Of a stretch of DNA of 64,000 nt, positions 24,445 through 37,819 are shown one piece after another. A program made the translations under genes and the position numbers. This DNA comes from Curvularia clavata (Eukaryota): contig CP089274.1 in assembly GCA_023920165.1 (NCBI GenBank), forward strand, positions 1,984,001 to 2,048,000, read 5' to 3'. The number at the start of each line of letters is the position of its first letter. Positions within the stretch are counted from its first letter, which is position 1. Under the pieces are notes generated by a model. It was not told where the DNA came from, did not search any database, and was given only the letters and a program-made list of their open reading frames with translations.

Positions 24445-27400
24445 ATGTCCGGACATCCGCAGGGAGGCCACTACGACGACGGCTACGGCCAGGCTCCTGC
24501 CCACGGCCAGCAGGGCCAGGACGCCTACTACCACGACGACCAGTATGCCCAGTATCATGATGACGGCCACGGCCATGGCCAGTACGCCCAAGGCCAGCAC
24601 GGTGACGCCTATTACGACGAGTCGTGAGTCCCGCCACTCCCTACTGCTCCCCATTGCCACATGCTAACCATCCTCCCCGCAGAGCATATTATGATGGCCA
24701 GCAAGGCGGCCACTACCAACAAAACGGCTACTATGACGACCGCGGTCAGCAGGGCTACCAGGACGAGTACTACTCTGATCAGTACTACGATCAGGGCGGC
24801 GCACATGAAGGGTACGCACAGAACGGGTACGCTTTTTGGCCCTGACTGCACACCTATCCCTCAATCTTACCAAGCAACGACTAACTGGTTACAGCCAACC
24901 TCGACGCCGCAATGACTCGGAGGAAGACTCTGAGACCTTCAGCGACTTCACTATGCGCTCCGACATGGCTCGCGCTACCGACATGGACTACTACGGCCGT
25001 GGCGACGAGCGCTACAACAGCTATGCCGAAGGCAACCGCGGATACCGCCCTCCCTCGTCTCAAGTTTCCTATGGCGGCAACCGCTCCTCTGGAGCCTCGA
25101 CTCCAATCTACGGCATGGATTACTCCAACGCTCTTCCTGCCGGTCAGCGATCCCGCGAGCCCTACCCAGCCTGGACTGCTGAAGCCCAGATTCCTTGCAC
25201 CAAGGAAGAAATCGAGGACATTTTCCTCGATCTGACCGCCAAGTTCGGTTTCCAGCGTGACAGCATGCGCAACATGTATGACCATCTGATGACTTTGCTC
25301 GATTCGCGTGCCTCTCGCATGTCGCCAAACCAGGCTCTGCTGTCGCTTCACGCCGACTACATTGGTGGCGAGAACGCCAACTACCGCCGCTGGTACTTTG
25401 CGGCCCACCTTGATTTGGACGATGCCGTCGGTTTCGCCAACATGAACCTCGGAAAGGCCAACCGCAGGACCCGCAAGGCTCGCAAGGCTGCAAAAGCCAA
25501 GGCCGCTGCCGAGAACGGTAACGAGCAGGAGACGCTCGACGCATATGAGGGAGACAACAGTCTTGAAGCGGCTGAATACCGCTGGAAGACTCGCATGAAC
25601 CGCATGTCGCAACACGACCGTGTGCGCCAGATTGCCCTCTATCTCCTTTGCTGGGGTGAGGCCAATCAGGTCCGTTTCATGCCCGAGCTCATGTGCTTCA
25701 TCTTCAAGTGTGCTGATGACTGGCTCAACTCGCCAGCTGGTCAAGCCCAGACTGAGCCTGTCGAGGAGTTCACCTACCTCAACAACGTCATCACGCCACT
25801 TTACCAGTACTGCCGTGACCAAGGCTACGAAATCCAGGATGGCAAGTACGTCCGCCGTGAGCGTGACCACGCAGCCATTATCGGATACGATGACATGAAC
25901 CAGCTCTTCTGGTACCCAGAGGGCCTGGAGCGCATCGTTTTCGAAGACAAGTCTCGCCTGGTCGACATTCCTCCGGCCGAGCGTTACCAGAAGCTCAAGG
26001 ATGTCGTCTGGAAGAAGGTCTTCTTCAAGACCTACTACGAGCGCCGTTCTTGGTTCCACATGGTCATCAACTTCAACCGTATTTGGGTCATTCACTTGTC
26101 TTCTTTCTGGTTCTACACTGCCGCAAACTCGCAGCCCGTCTACACCAAGAACTACGAGCAGCAACTCAACAACGCGCCAGAGAAGGCCGCCATCTTGTCC
26201 GCTGTCGCTTTGGGAGGTACCATCGCTTCGTTCATCCAAATCTTCGCGACCATCTGCGAGTGGTGCTATGTACCTCGACGATGGGCTGGCGCTCAGCATC
26301 TCACTAAGCGTCTGCTCTTCCTCATCCTCGTCTTTGTCATCAACGTTGCTCCTAGTGTCTACATCTTTGGTATGGATCAGCGCAAGGGAACCATCCCCAA
26401 CATTCTCAGTGGTGTTCAGCTCGCTATTGCGCTTGTCACCTACATCTTCTTCTCGGTCATGCCTATCGGTGGTCTCTTCGGCAGCTACTTGACCCGCAAC
26501 TCTCGCAAGTACGTTGCCAGTCAGACTTTCACTGCCAGCTACCCTCGTCTCACTGGCAATGACATGTGGATGTCGTACGGTCTGTGGGTGCTTGTCTTCG
26601 CTGCCAAGCTAGCTGAGTCTTACTTCTTCTTGACTCTGTCCATCAAGGATCCCATCCGTATCTTGTCCCACATGCAGAAGCCTCACTGCTTGGGAGATGC
26701 CATCATCGGCGATATTCTCTGCAAGTACCAGCCACGAATCTTGCTCGGTCTCATGTACTTCATGGACTTGATCCTCTTCTTCTTGGACTCGTACCTGTGG
26801 TACATTATCGCCAACATGTTGTTCTCCGTCTCTCGCTCTTTCTACCTCGGTGTATCCATCTGGACCCCCTGGAGAAACATCTTCTCCCGTCTGCCCAAGC
26901 GTATTTACTCCAAGGTCTTGGCCACTACCGACATGGAGATCAAGTACAAGCCCAAGGTCCTCATCTCCCAGATTTGGAACGCTGTTGTCATCTCCATGTA
27001 CCGCGAGCATCTCCTTGCCATTGACCACGTCCAGAAGCTTCTCTACCACCAGGTCCCATCCGAGCAAGAGGGCAAGCGCACTCTTCGTGCTCCTACCTTC
27101 TTCGTGTCTCAGGAAGATCACTCCTTCAAGACCGAGTTCTTCCCTGCTCAGAGTGAAGCGGAGCGTCGTATCTCCTTCTTCGCCCAGTCGCTGTCTACTC
27201 CCATTCCTGAGCCTCTCCCGGTTGATAACATGCCTACTTTCACTGTTCTGATTCCCCACTACGGTGAAAAGATCCTGTTGTCCCTCCGTGAGATTATTCG
27301 TGAGGATGAGCCCTACTCTCGTGTTACCCTCCTCGAGTACCTCAAGCAACTTCACCCTCACGAGTGGGACTGCTTCGTCAAGGACACCAAGATTCTCGCC

Positions 27401-30400
27401 GATGAAACTTCTCAGTTCAACGGCGACGACGAGAAGAACGAAAAGGACACTGCTAAGAGCAAGATCGACGATCTTCCCTTCTACTGCATTGGTTTCAAGT
27501 CTGCTGCTCCTGAGTACACGCTCCGAACTCGTATCTGGGCCTCGCTCCGTTCTCAGACTCTTTACCGTACCATCTCTGGTTTCATGAACTACAGCCGTGC
27601 CATCAAGCTTCTCTACCGTGTCGAGAACCCTGAGGTCGTCCAGATGTTCGGTGGCAACTCCGACAAGCTCGAGCGTGAGCTCGAGCGCATGGCCAGGCGC
27701 AAGTACAAGATCTGTGTTTCTATGCAGCGTTATGCCAAGTTCAGCAAGGAGGAGCGCGAGAACACCGAGTTCCTTCTCCGTGCCTACCCCGACCTGCAAA
27801 TCGCCTACCTCGACGAAGAGCCACCTGTCAATGAGGGCGAGGAGCCTCGCATCTACTCTGCTCTGATCGATGGTCACTCTGAGATCATGGACAACGGCAT
27901 GCGTCGTCCCAAGTTCCGCATTCAACTCTCTGGCAACCCCATTCTCGGTGACGGCAAGTCTGACAACCAGAACCACTCCATCATCTTCTACCGCGGAGAG
28001 TACATCCAACTTATCGACGCCAACCAGGACAACTACCTTGAGGAGTGCCTGAAGATTCGCAGTGTCTTGGCTGAATTCGAGGAAATGACCACTGATAACG
28101 TCTCGCCTTACACCCCCGGTCTTCCCAACACCAACTTCAACCCCGTCGCCATTCTCGGAGCTCGTGAATACATTTTCTCGGAGAACATTGGTATCCTTGG
28201 TGACATTGCTGCCGGAAAGGAACAGACGTTCGGTACCATGTTTGCTCGTACCCTGGCTCAAATTGGTGGCAAGCTCCATTACGGACATCCTGATTTCCTC
28301 AACGGTATCTTCATGACGACTCGTGGAGGTGTTTCCAAAGCGCAGAAGGGTCTCCATCTTAACGAAGATATTTACGCTGGTATGAATGCCCTTCTCCGTG
28401 GTGGACGCATCAAGCACTGCGAATACTACCAGTGTGGTAAGGGTCGTGATCTTGGTTTTGGCTCCGTTCTCAATTTCACAACCAAGATTGGTACTGGTAT
28501 GGGTGAACAGATGTTGTCCCGTGAGTACTACTACTTGGGTACACAACTGCCTCTCGACCGTTTCCTGTCATTCTACTACGCCCATCCTGGTTTCCACATC
28601 AACAACATGTTCATTATGTTGTCGGTTCAGTGCTTCATGTTTGTCCTCATCAACCTCGGCGCCCTCAACCACGAGGTCATCCTCTGCCAGTTCAACAAGG
28701 ACACTCCTATCACCGATCCTCAGTGGCCCAACGGCTGTGCTAACCTGGTTCCTGTTTTCGACTGGGTCTCTCGTTGTATCGTCTCCATCTTTATTGTGTT
28801 CTTCATCTCCTTCGTTCCCCTTGTGGTTCAGGAATTGACTGAGCGTGGTTTCTGGCGTGCCGCTACCCGTCTGGCCAAGCACTTCTCCTCCGGATCGCCT
28901 TTCTTCGAGGTCTTCGTCACTCAGATTTACGCCAATGCTCTACACACCAACTTGTCTTACGGTGGTGCTCGTTATATCGGTACCGGTCGTGGTTTCGCCA
29001 CGGCTCGTATCCCATTCGGCATTCTCTTCTCTCGATTTGCCGGTCCATCCATCTACATTGGTGCTCGCTCCTTGATGATGATCATCTTCGCCTCGATCAC
29101 TGTCTGGGGACCATGGCTCATCTACTTCTGGGCATCCCTGTTGTCTCTGTGTCTTGCGCCCTTCCTGTTCAACCCTCACCAGTTCTCCTGGGACGACTTC
29201 TTCATCGACTACAGGGAGTACCTCCGCTGGCTGTCTCGAGGCAACACTCGATCCCACAGTGCTTCCTGGATCGGATACTGCCGTCTCTCCCGAACACGTA
29301 TCACTGGTTTCAAGCGCAAGGCTCTTGGTGACCCATCGGCTAAGCTCTCTGGCGATGTTCCTCGTGCTCACTTCACAAACATCTTCATGAGCGAGGTTCT
29401 TGGCCCGCTTGTCCTTGTTGCCATTACGCTCATCCCTTACCTGTTCATCAACGCCCAGACTGGTGTCACCGACAAGCGTGATACTTCCAAGGAGCCTGCC
29501 GGTCTTCCTGACCCAAAGGCAACTGGTGCCTTGGTCCGTATTGGTATCATCGCCTTGGGTCCGGTCGCCATCAACGCTGGTGTCTTGGCTGGCATGTTTG
29601 GTCTGGCTTGTTGCGCGGGTCCTCTGCTCAGCATGTGCTGCAAGAAGTTTGGTGCCGTCCTCGCTGCCATTGCTCACGCCATTGCTGTCATCGTTCTCCT
29701 TGTCTTCTTCGTCGTGTTGATGTTCCTTGAGGGTTTCAGCTTCCCCAGAGCCCTGTCTGGTATGATCGCTGTTGTCGCCATTCAGCGATTCTTCTTCAAG
29801 CTCATCATCACTCTGACATTGACTCGTGAGTTCAAGGCCGACACTGCCAACATTGCCTGGTGGACCGGAAAGTGGTACACTATGGGATGGCACACCATCT
29901 CCCAGCCCGGTCGTGAATTCCTCTGCAAGATTACCGAACTTGGTTTCTTTGCTGCCGATTTCATCCTCGGACACGTCCTGCTCTTCTTCATGCTGCCAAT
30001 TTTGCTTATCCCCTATGCCGACAAGTTCCACTCAGTCATGCTCTTCTGGCTCCGACCAAGGTATGTAAACTCACTCCTTCATTATCAAAGCTCCACTAAC
30101 ATGGTTCAGTCGTCAAATTCGCCCTCCCATCTACTCGCTCAAGCAGACAAAGCTTCGCAAGCGCCGTGTTGTCCGCTACGCCATTCTGTACTTTGTCATC
30201 CTTATCGTGTTCCTCTGCCTGATCATTGGCCCCATTGTCGCGGCCAAGTTCATTCAGATCCCCACCAGTCTTGCCAACTCTCTCCCCTTGGAGATTCTGC
30301 AACCCACTGGTTACAACAACAACGACACGACCACAAGTACAACTGGCCGCTGTGTCAACGGCCAAGAGTGCCCACAATGGCAGGCCAACAATGCCGACTC

Positions 30401-30467
30401 GACAGGAGGTGGAGCTGCTGCGACTGACGCAGCTGCTCGCCGCTTCCGCCGATACATGGCATACTAA
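24445..30467 (+). CDS. FKS1: 1,3-beta-glucan synthase catalytic subunit (GT48); introns 24624-24682, 24827-24894, 30061-30109
   Basis: ~1900-aa multi-TM protein with [85 protein letters not shown] and [12 protein letters not shown]-rich N-terminus. Confidence 0.98.
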
Positions 30468-31011
30468 AAGTACAATTCGTTGATCCTTGCTTATTACCTT
30501 CGCACCTTTGCATTGTACAACATGGGCGAAGCACGAACGTGTTTACTTGGTTTGGGTCCCGTAATGACTGTAATATTCGGCTCGAGCATTTCATCTTGTC
30601 TCTTTTTTCATTGGGCGTTTGGCGGCGGGAATGGAAACATCCATCGACCTGCTTTCTCTCTTTTGAACACTTGTGTCTGCTCTTAGAGCATTCTTGACTG
30701 CACATACACTACAATGGGGGTTGTTTTGGTTGATCATGGGCAGGCGAATACATTAGAAAGTGAATACATTACTGTTTAACATAAGCACGTTTTTGACATT
30801 TAAAAATGAAGCCTTGATCATTCTGACTGTTGGTGAACCGCTGTGATTTGTTGGCGTTGGTTGGCTCGCGTGATGGGTTTGTCCGGACGAAATGAGCCTG
30901 ACCCTTGATAATTGCACTTCCCCTTGGCACCTCCGTCCCTTCGCCGCAACCCCCGAACTTGTGCATGCAGCGTCGTCCACACGCCTGCCTTGCACCACCC
31001 CTCTAGCAGCC

Positions 31012-32782
31012 ATGGATCTCAGCGAACTCCAGAACGCGACTACGCGCTTTATTACTGATGCGAGCGCCCAATTCAATCGCATCCCAGGCTCCGCTATTGC
31101 TGTGCGATACATCAAGTCGAGTTACCGGAACGACCCCGTTCGCAGCGCTGTCGAGTTATTCTTGTTCCTCTTCGCGGTGCGATACCTCCTCGCGCCGAAA
31201 TACAGTACTCAGAAAAAAGTACAGTTGACCGATGCGGTATGTTATGGCCTCCATTGAGTGTGGGTGCGGTATTGGCAGACGTGGACGACTGACACAGAAA
31301 TAGGAGATTGACGAACTCGTTGAGGACTGGACGCCGGAACCGCTTGTTGCACCTACGACTGCACTCGAAGAAATGGACAATGAGAAACGACCTGTCATTG
31401 TTGGGTGAGCCACGCAGCAACATTAGCCATGCGCTCTATGCTGACCTATACTGCGCAGTCCTACGGGCCCCAAGTCCAAGCTCTCCAACGGCCGCACCGT
31501 CATGAACCTCGCCTCGTACAACTTCTACAACTTTCTCTCAAACGATGTCCTCAAGGAAAAGGCAATCCAGACACTCCGTACTTATGGTGTCGGTCCCTGT
31601 GGTCCTCCGGGTTTCTACGGTACGCAGGATGTCCACATGAAGACGGAAGCCGACGTCGCCGCGCATCTCGGGGTCCCTGCCTGCATTATTTACGCCCAAT
31701 CTTTCTCGACCATCAGCAGCGTTATTCCTAGTTTCAGTAAGAGAGGTGATATCATCGTTGCAGACAAGGCTCTCAACTTTGCAGCACGGAAGGGTATACA
31801 GATTAGTAGGAGTACTGTGAGATGGTTTGAACACAATGATATGGATGATTTGGAGAAGGTGCTCAAGACAATTGTCAAGGAGCAGGCAAAGAAGCCACTG
31901 ACGCGGCGATTTATCATCACCGAGGGCTTGTTCGAAAACATTGGTGACGTCGTCAACCTCCCCAAGCTGGTATGTTATTGCAATCATCTGTTCCTAGGGC
32001 ATGCTGACAGCGTGAACAGATTGAGCTTAAACTCAAGTACAAGTTCCGCCTCATCCTCGACGAAACCTGGTCCTACGGAGTCCTTGGTCGCACCGGCGGC
32101 GGTGTAACCGAAGCTCAAAACGTGGACGCTGCGGAAGTAGACATGATCATTGGTTCTCTCTCTGGCCCTCTCTGCGCAGCAGGAGGTTTCTGCGCTGGCA
32201 ATGAAGAGGTCGTCGAGCACCAACGTATTTCTTCGGCTTCATACACGTATTCGGCCGCTCTCCCTGCGTTGCTCAGCACCACAGCGAGCGAGACAATTAG
32301 CATGCTACAAGAACAACCAGACATCTTGACAGCACTCCGAGAAAACATCAAGGCGATGAGGGCGCAGCTGGATCCTAGGAGCGATTGGATTCGCTGCACC
32401 AGTTCGGCGGAAAACCCTATCATGCTGCTTGTTCTCAAAGACGAGGTTGTTGAGAGCAAGAAACTGACCATTGAAGATGAGGACCAGATCTTCAGGGATG
32501 TTGTTGATGAGGTATGTTTTTCTGATTCAGTCATGCCTTGACCACAGCGACGCGGTGATGGGATCTTTCACTAACAACGTACAGTGTCTCGCCAACGGTG
32601 TCCTGATTACACGGCTCAAGTCGTTCCCCATCGGCATTGGGCTCAACCCCAGAGATGCAGGATGGCAGCCTACCCCTGCGCTCAAAGTATGCGTTACAAG
32701 TGGCCTGACGAAGAAGGAGACGGAGAAGGCTGGAACCGTCATTCGACACGCTATTACGAAGATTGTCAGTCGACGGAAGTAG
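31012..32782 (+). CDS. LCB1: Serine palmitoyltransferase subunit 1 (multi-exon)
   Basis: DPVRSAVELFL, EIDELVEDWTPEPLV, NLASYNF, YGVGPCGPPGFYGTQDVH, RRFIITEGLFEN, DMIIGSL (no PLP-binding Lys, as expected for Lcb1). Canonical introns join the fragments. Confidence 0.95.
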
Positions 32783-33039
32783 GCTTCTGGTCTGCGTCAT
32801 GGGAATGATTGCGAGCATAGCATTGGAGGCGCTTTCTCTATGCTGCGCCACTTTGGCCAGAAACGCTTCCTGCACGGTGTAACGATATACTCTTCTGCAT
32901 GTAGACCTTGGATATCGTATAGATAGCTTTATAATGCCTAATAAATTGCTATTGCAATAGTAGAGAATGCACATATCAGTTCTGTACAACTGAATCTCCA
33001 TAAGCGAATGTAACATGTGGCGCCCAAACTGCACGCATG

Positions 33040-33056
33040 CCCCCCCCCCCCCCCCC
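33040..33056. repeat. Poly(C)17 homopolymer (poly-G on the minus strand)
   Basis: Read directly; lies between the LCB1 3' end and the CHO1 promoter. Confidence 0.9.
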
Positions 33057-33705
33057 AAATGTGACGAAGCTAAGAAAGCGTCACGTTCTTCAGAACGAGG
33101 ATAGTTAGCTGCTGCCCTCAACCCCAACTGCCGAACTGGCATAAAAAAAATACATCATAACTCACAGCCCTTTTGGCGATCACATGAAGGGGTGGCTGAG
33201 GATATTCACACCTGGTGTTCATAAACGGAGTGTTTGCGTATGTGCCGTGTGGCTGGGTGGCTTTCCCGCATGTGAGATGACGTTCTGGGCTAAACTTGTT
33301 ATTTCAGGCCGGGGAGGCGCGGCGGACACATAGGACGCAACTGCACCTCTCTCACTTGCGCCCGCCTGCGCCTTCCCCCCACCTGAAACAACGTCACCGC
33401 CTATTGCGAGTCGGAATAACAAGCTTTAGACCCTTGGCCTGGCCTCTACTTCTTTTTTTCCCCTTTGCGCACCCGAAACCACACCTTTCCCAAGTACACA
33501 TATTCCTACGTACACGCTCGCAACCCATTCTTGTCTTTTGTTTTCCTGGCTGGCAAGCAGCACAGTGGTTGTTGTGCGCGATTTTATTTCGCTTGCTTGC
33601 TGCCTACACAACTGCTGAAGGAGTTTCGTCATACATACGGCAGCAAATCGAAGGGTGTAGGATTACCATAGCGAACCAACGATAACAACAGCATCATATA
33701 CGAGT

Positions 33706-34593
33706 ATGGCGCAGCGAAGGAATGGCGGCGAGACGCATCTCAAGGATGACGTTGCGCCTGTAAAGGGCGAGGGTACGTATTGAGAATTGGAGAGACCGTG
33801 TGGAGGCATGTGGCCGAAAGCAAAGAAAGAGAGAGAGAGCTAACATATGCTACTCAACAGCCCAAGACAAGCAAGTCCGTCTACTATCCCAAGAAGCCGG
33901 ACACTTTTCCCTGGTGCGCGCCCTTCACCTCGCCGACTTTATCACCGAGCTCAACGGTACGCCCTGTTCCCTCTTTCCCTACCGTTCCCAAATCCCCCCA
34001 TTGTGCTAACACCAACACGCGCGACAGGCTTCTGCGGCGTCATGTCCATCTTCTCCTCGCTCCGCTACTGCACGCAGGCCGACCCCACCGACTACACGAA
34101 TCTGTACCTCGCTCTTTCCTTCATCCCGCTAGGCCTCTTCTTCGACTTCATGGACGGCAAAGTCGCTCGCTGGCGCAAAAAGGCCTCTCTCATGGGCCAA
34201 GAACTCGATTCCTTGGCCGATCTCGTCTCTTTCGGTGTCAGCCCCGCCGCTGCTGCTTTCTGCCTCGGCATGCGTACACCCGTCGATCATTTCTTGCTCG
34301 CCTTCTTTGTCCTGTGCGGCTTGACGCGTCTGGCCAGGTTCAATGTTACGGTTGCAATGGTGCCCAAGGATGCGAGCGGCAAGAGCAAGTACTTTGAGGG
34401 CACTCCGATTCCAATGAGTCTGGGTATTGTCCAGGTTATGGCCTATTGGGTGTACAAAGGATGGACTATGGAGAAGATTCCCATGGGCTTGTGGCTGGAG
34501 GGCACGGCACTCGAGTTTCATCCCGTTGTTGCAATGTTTATTCTACATGGGTGCTTGATGGTTAGTAAGAGCGTGAAGATTCCAAAGCCTTAG
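33706..34593 (+). CDS. CHO1: CDP-diacylglycerol--serine O-phosphatidyltransferase (phosphatidylserine synthase); introns 33773-33860 and ~33957-34027
   Basis: [25 protein letters not shown]-alcohol phosphotransferase motif [45 protein letters not shown] and C-terminal KIPKP. Confidence 0.95.
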
Positions 34594-34651
34594 GGGAATG
34601 GGGGTGTGTAGAGATGGTGGGTATATCGGTATTTTGGGAGGTGGTTTGCAC

Positions 34652-34660
<9 letters not shown>

Positions 34661-34685
<25 letters not shown>
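34661..34685. repeat. (CT)12 microsatellite in the CHO1 3' region
   Basis: Read directly. Confidence 0.9.
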
Positions 34686-35326
34686 GGATCTCTCATATTC
34701 ATTACGGGAATGGTGGTGATGGGAAAGTTGTTTCTTTCATCGCTGTCGTTTCTTACTCAAGCTTCAATGGCTTGTACTGAAATCAAAATACATACCAGAC
34801 ACCATGGATCGACGGAAGAGGAGGAAAAAATTACTTTTGTTGCGAGTAAGTGGTACACGGAGAGGTAGAGATATACACCATGACGACGCTATGATGGGAT
34901 TAGCGAACGAGCTGATAGAAATGTATCATGATACCCTCTTGTTAGCTTTGCGTACATGCAGTAGACATTGCAGCTTCGCTTTAACCTCTTATGGCACGCC
35001 CAAGTAGAAAGAGACATGTCGCCATCTTATGCTTCTTTATACAGAAGAAACCGCCCTTATGTATATGTAGATATGTACGTATGCTATGTATGAACAACAC
35101 AAGGAGAATTCCATCCCTTTGCCTAAAACACCCTAAGAAACACAGATAATACCAATTTCCTCAATAGGAAGGGGAGAAAAAGAAAAAAACAGACTCAAGA
35201 CTGGCAGGACTTTCAAAGGTTCCAGGTGATGTGGACAGTGGTATCATGACAAAAAGAAAAAAGGTGAAGAAAATGAGTCCAGAAAAGAAACAGCAACAAA
35301 AAAGGGGAAACTGTTCCATGGCTGCA

Positions 35327-37819
35327 TCACCTCGTGATGATGAGAGAGAAGCCATCGAGCCACTGAGCGCAGGATCCCGAGATACCGCCAATAGTATAGC
35401 CACGAGGAGGAATGAGCGTGTGCCTGTGGAGTAGCCAAGTTAGCAAGTCGTAAAAAACACATTGAGTTGCAGGAATACGTACCCGCTGCCGCCATTCGGG
35501 TTTCCATACCACTCGCTCCTTCGCCCCAGACTCGTCAGTATCTGTAAGCCGTCGATCCAGAGACCAGCGCGGAGAGCAAAGCCGAGCAAAAGTTCCCCCT
35601 TGCGTGTGTCGAGTGCAAACTCCGAGACGCTGCCTCCGCGTTTGCCAAACAGCTGTGTATCCGTATCTTCGTAGATGAATTCTAAGCCATCGACTGCGGC
35701 GCCATGGTAGACCTTGATGCGGAGTAAGAGTTTCGTCTGAATATGAACGTAGTCAAAGATGATTTCCTCGGGCTGTGAGCCCTCCATTTGCGAGTAGCCC
35801 AGTTTGCCGCCTCGGTAGCCCCAGCGGCCATCTGGCAGCTTGACACGAGAAAGCTTTTGGTTGGCAAGTTTGCCAAAATCTTCCACAACGTGCTTGCCTC
35901 CACCTGCCGAGTACACCTCGACCCTCAAACGCGACTTTTGCTTTTCTGCAGGCAGCATGGCGCGGAGAGAGCCTTCGTCCAGCGTGACCTGCCGTGGGTA
36001 CTGGGTTTCAAGCTCAGGATACTCTTTCCAGTGACGGCAAACATCGTCCCCTTCAGCGTAGAGCTCTACCCATGCAATGCCAGATTTCGAGGTTGCAATA
36101 ACGCTGCCTTGACTAGCATCAACGGTCCACACTTGCACGCTGTCGTCTCCGTTCATCATTGGGACATCAATCGGAATGCGGAAGCAAGGGTGGAAGCGGA
36201 ATCGTAGTACGTCCAACTTGTGCCACCTGCATTCATCGTTTGGCAACACAAGCCGTTGGCCTGGCGACTTGGTCCGGGTCGAGTAGGGCTCTCGGCAAGT
36301 AAATGTTCGGTTCAGTGTAACATAGTCGCGCAACATTACACCCGACTCCTGGTGAGGACATCCGAAAAGGTGTCCGGTCTCGTGAAGGTGTGCACCAATT
36401 CCAATGTTGGCAGCTTCCCAGTTGCTTCCGGATTCGTTACAGTCGTTTGCAACAACAGAGGTATCGGTTCGAGTGCAGTCCTGGAACGCTTGGAACACTT
36501 CCTCGATGCTTGACGGATAGCTGTGAAGCGCATGAGAGCCAAAGATGGCGAGCTGTAGATCACCGTTACCGCCACCCAAAGCCGCATGTCCCCGCACTGT
36601 CTGTGTTTGGGTGTCCCACTGTGTATCGAGGAACAAGCACGAAACGTAATGCTTCTGACCCGGTGTGATGTGGAAATAGTCATTGCAAGCCTCCATGGCA
36701 ATGTCAAAGAGCTCATTCTTCTTGGTCGCAGGGCCGTACTGTTGGGCACGCTCCAGGTCCCTTATTTCCGCCACAGATTTTTTGGAGTAAATGATGTGAA
36801 TCTTTGCCTGTGTGCGAAACTGGTTTTGCCCCCAATCCTGGTAGCTCAGTGTGCCGGGTTCCCAGGCATCCTCAAAACGAAAACAGCGACGACCAAACCC
36901 GTAGCGCTTCATTTGTTCTCCAGTAAAGGCTTGCCAGAGATATGCAGCCATTCGAAACTTCTTAACTGCGAGATCGAGCCCATTGCCCTCGCGCTCGACG
37001 CGCTCATGGGGAGCGTCGTATGTTCCTGGAGAATCGTGTCCCAGGATAATAGCCAACTGAAGAGGCGGCGATTGCGTCAAGGGCAAATAGTTTATGTTGA
37101 TAAATGAGGCGTGCGGGGATATGGAGGTATTGGAAGACGAGATTTTGGGAGAGGAGAAATCGAGGCGTATTCTGTTCCAGCCAGGCTCGAGGTGGACCAG
37201 GGCTTTGAAGTAGGACTCGTTTACTGGCCAGCAAGTGGATGGGAAGCGGCCCTGATGGTGGTTAACCGTAAGCGTTCCGTCCAGCGCCCTGCTTTGAGGC
37301 TCGCCAATGTGGCCGAAAATGAGCAGGACTTGTTGGTGGACCTGTGCGAATTTAGCATTGCTCAGAATATGCAATTGGCGGTATGTACCCATGAATGGTC
37401 TGAAACGGATAGGACACGAGGCGCGAGCAGCGACGTTCTGTTCAGGGAGCCGTTAGAGCCGGTCGATACTGGTGATGCCACGCCCTAAATGCGCTTGTTA
37501 GATGTGCTCTCGCAAATTGACAGCAATTGCCTACATTGGTGCTATAACGCTTGACAGGATCGACGTTTGGGCGTTGTGGTCGCGCATGTGCGGGTGCAGA
37601 TGCAGGCGCAGGAGTCGGGCCATTGACTTCTTCGATAGTGGATGTAGCTGGCGTGGTAGAAGGCGTGGACGCGGTAAGGCGAGACGAGTTCAAGGTAGAG
37701 GCAGAGGCGCGATGGGTGAGTGCTTTGCCATTGTGCTTGTGTGTGCCATTGGTGAGCTTCTCATCGGTCTTGCTCATGCGGCTGCTCCTCCTGCTCAGGC
37801 TTCTCAAGAACGAAGGCAT
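35327..37819 (-). CDS. Putative zinc metalloprotease with a C-terminal jacalin-like domain (yeast YIL108W-like family); 3 introns
   Basis: HEXXHXXGXXH motif HETGHLFGCPH, FKALVHLEPGWN, HAALGGG. C-terminal YHGAAVDGLEF...GLWIDGLQI...GGSG|HTLIPP jacalin-type region. No signal peptide. Confidence 0.88.

Noticed and set aside
24881..30031. Long antisense ORFs (472, 645 and 363 aa) opposite FKS1, and similar shadows over GAS1, CHO1 and THS1
   Set aside because: Explained by strong C/T-ending codon bias of highly expressed genes, which removes antisense stop codons; translations show no protein motifs.
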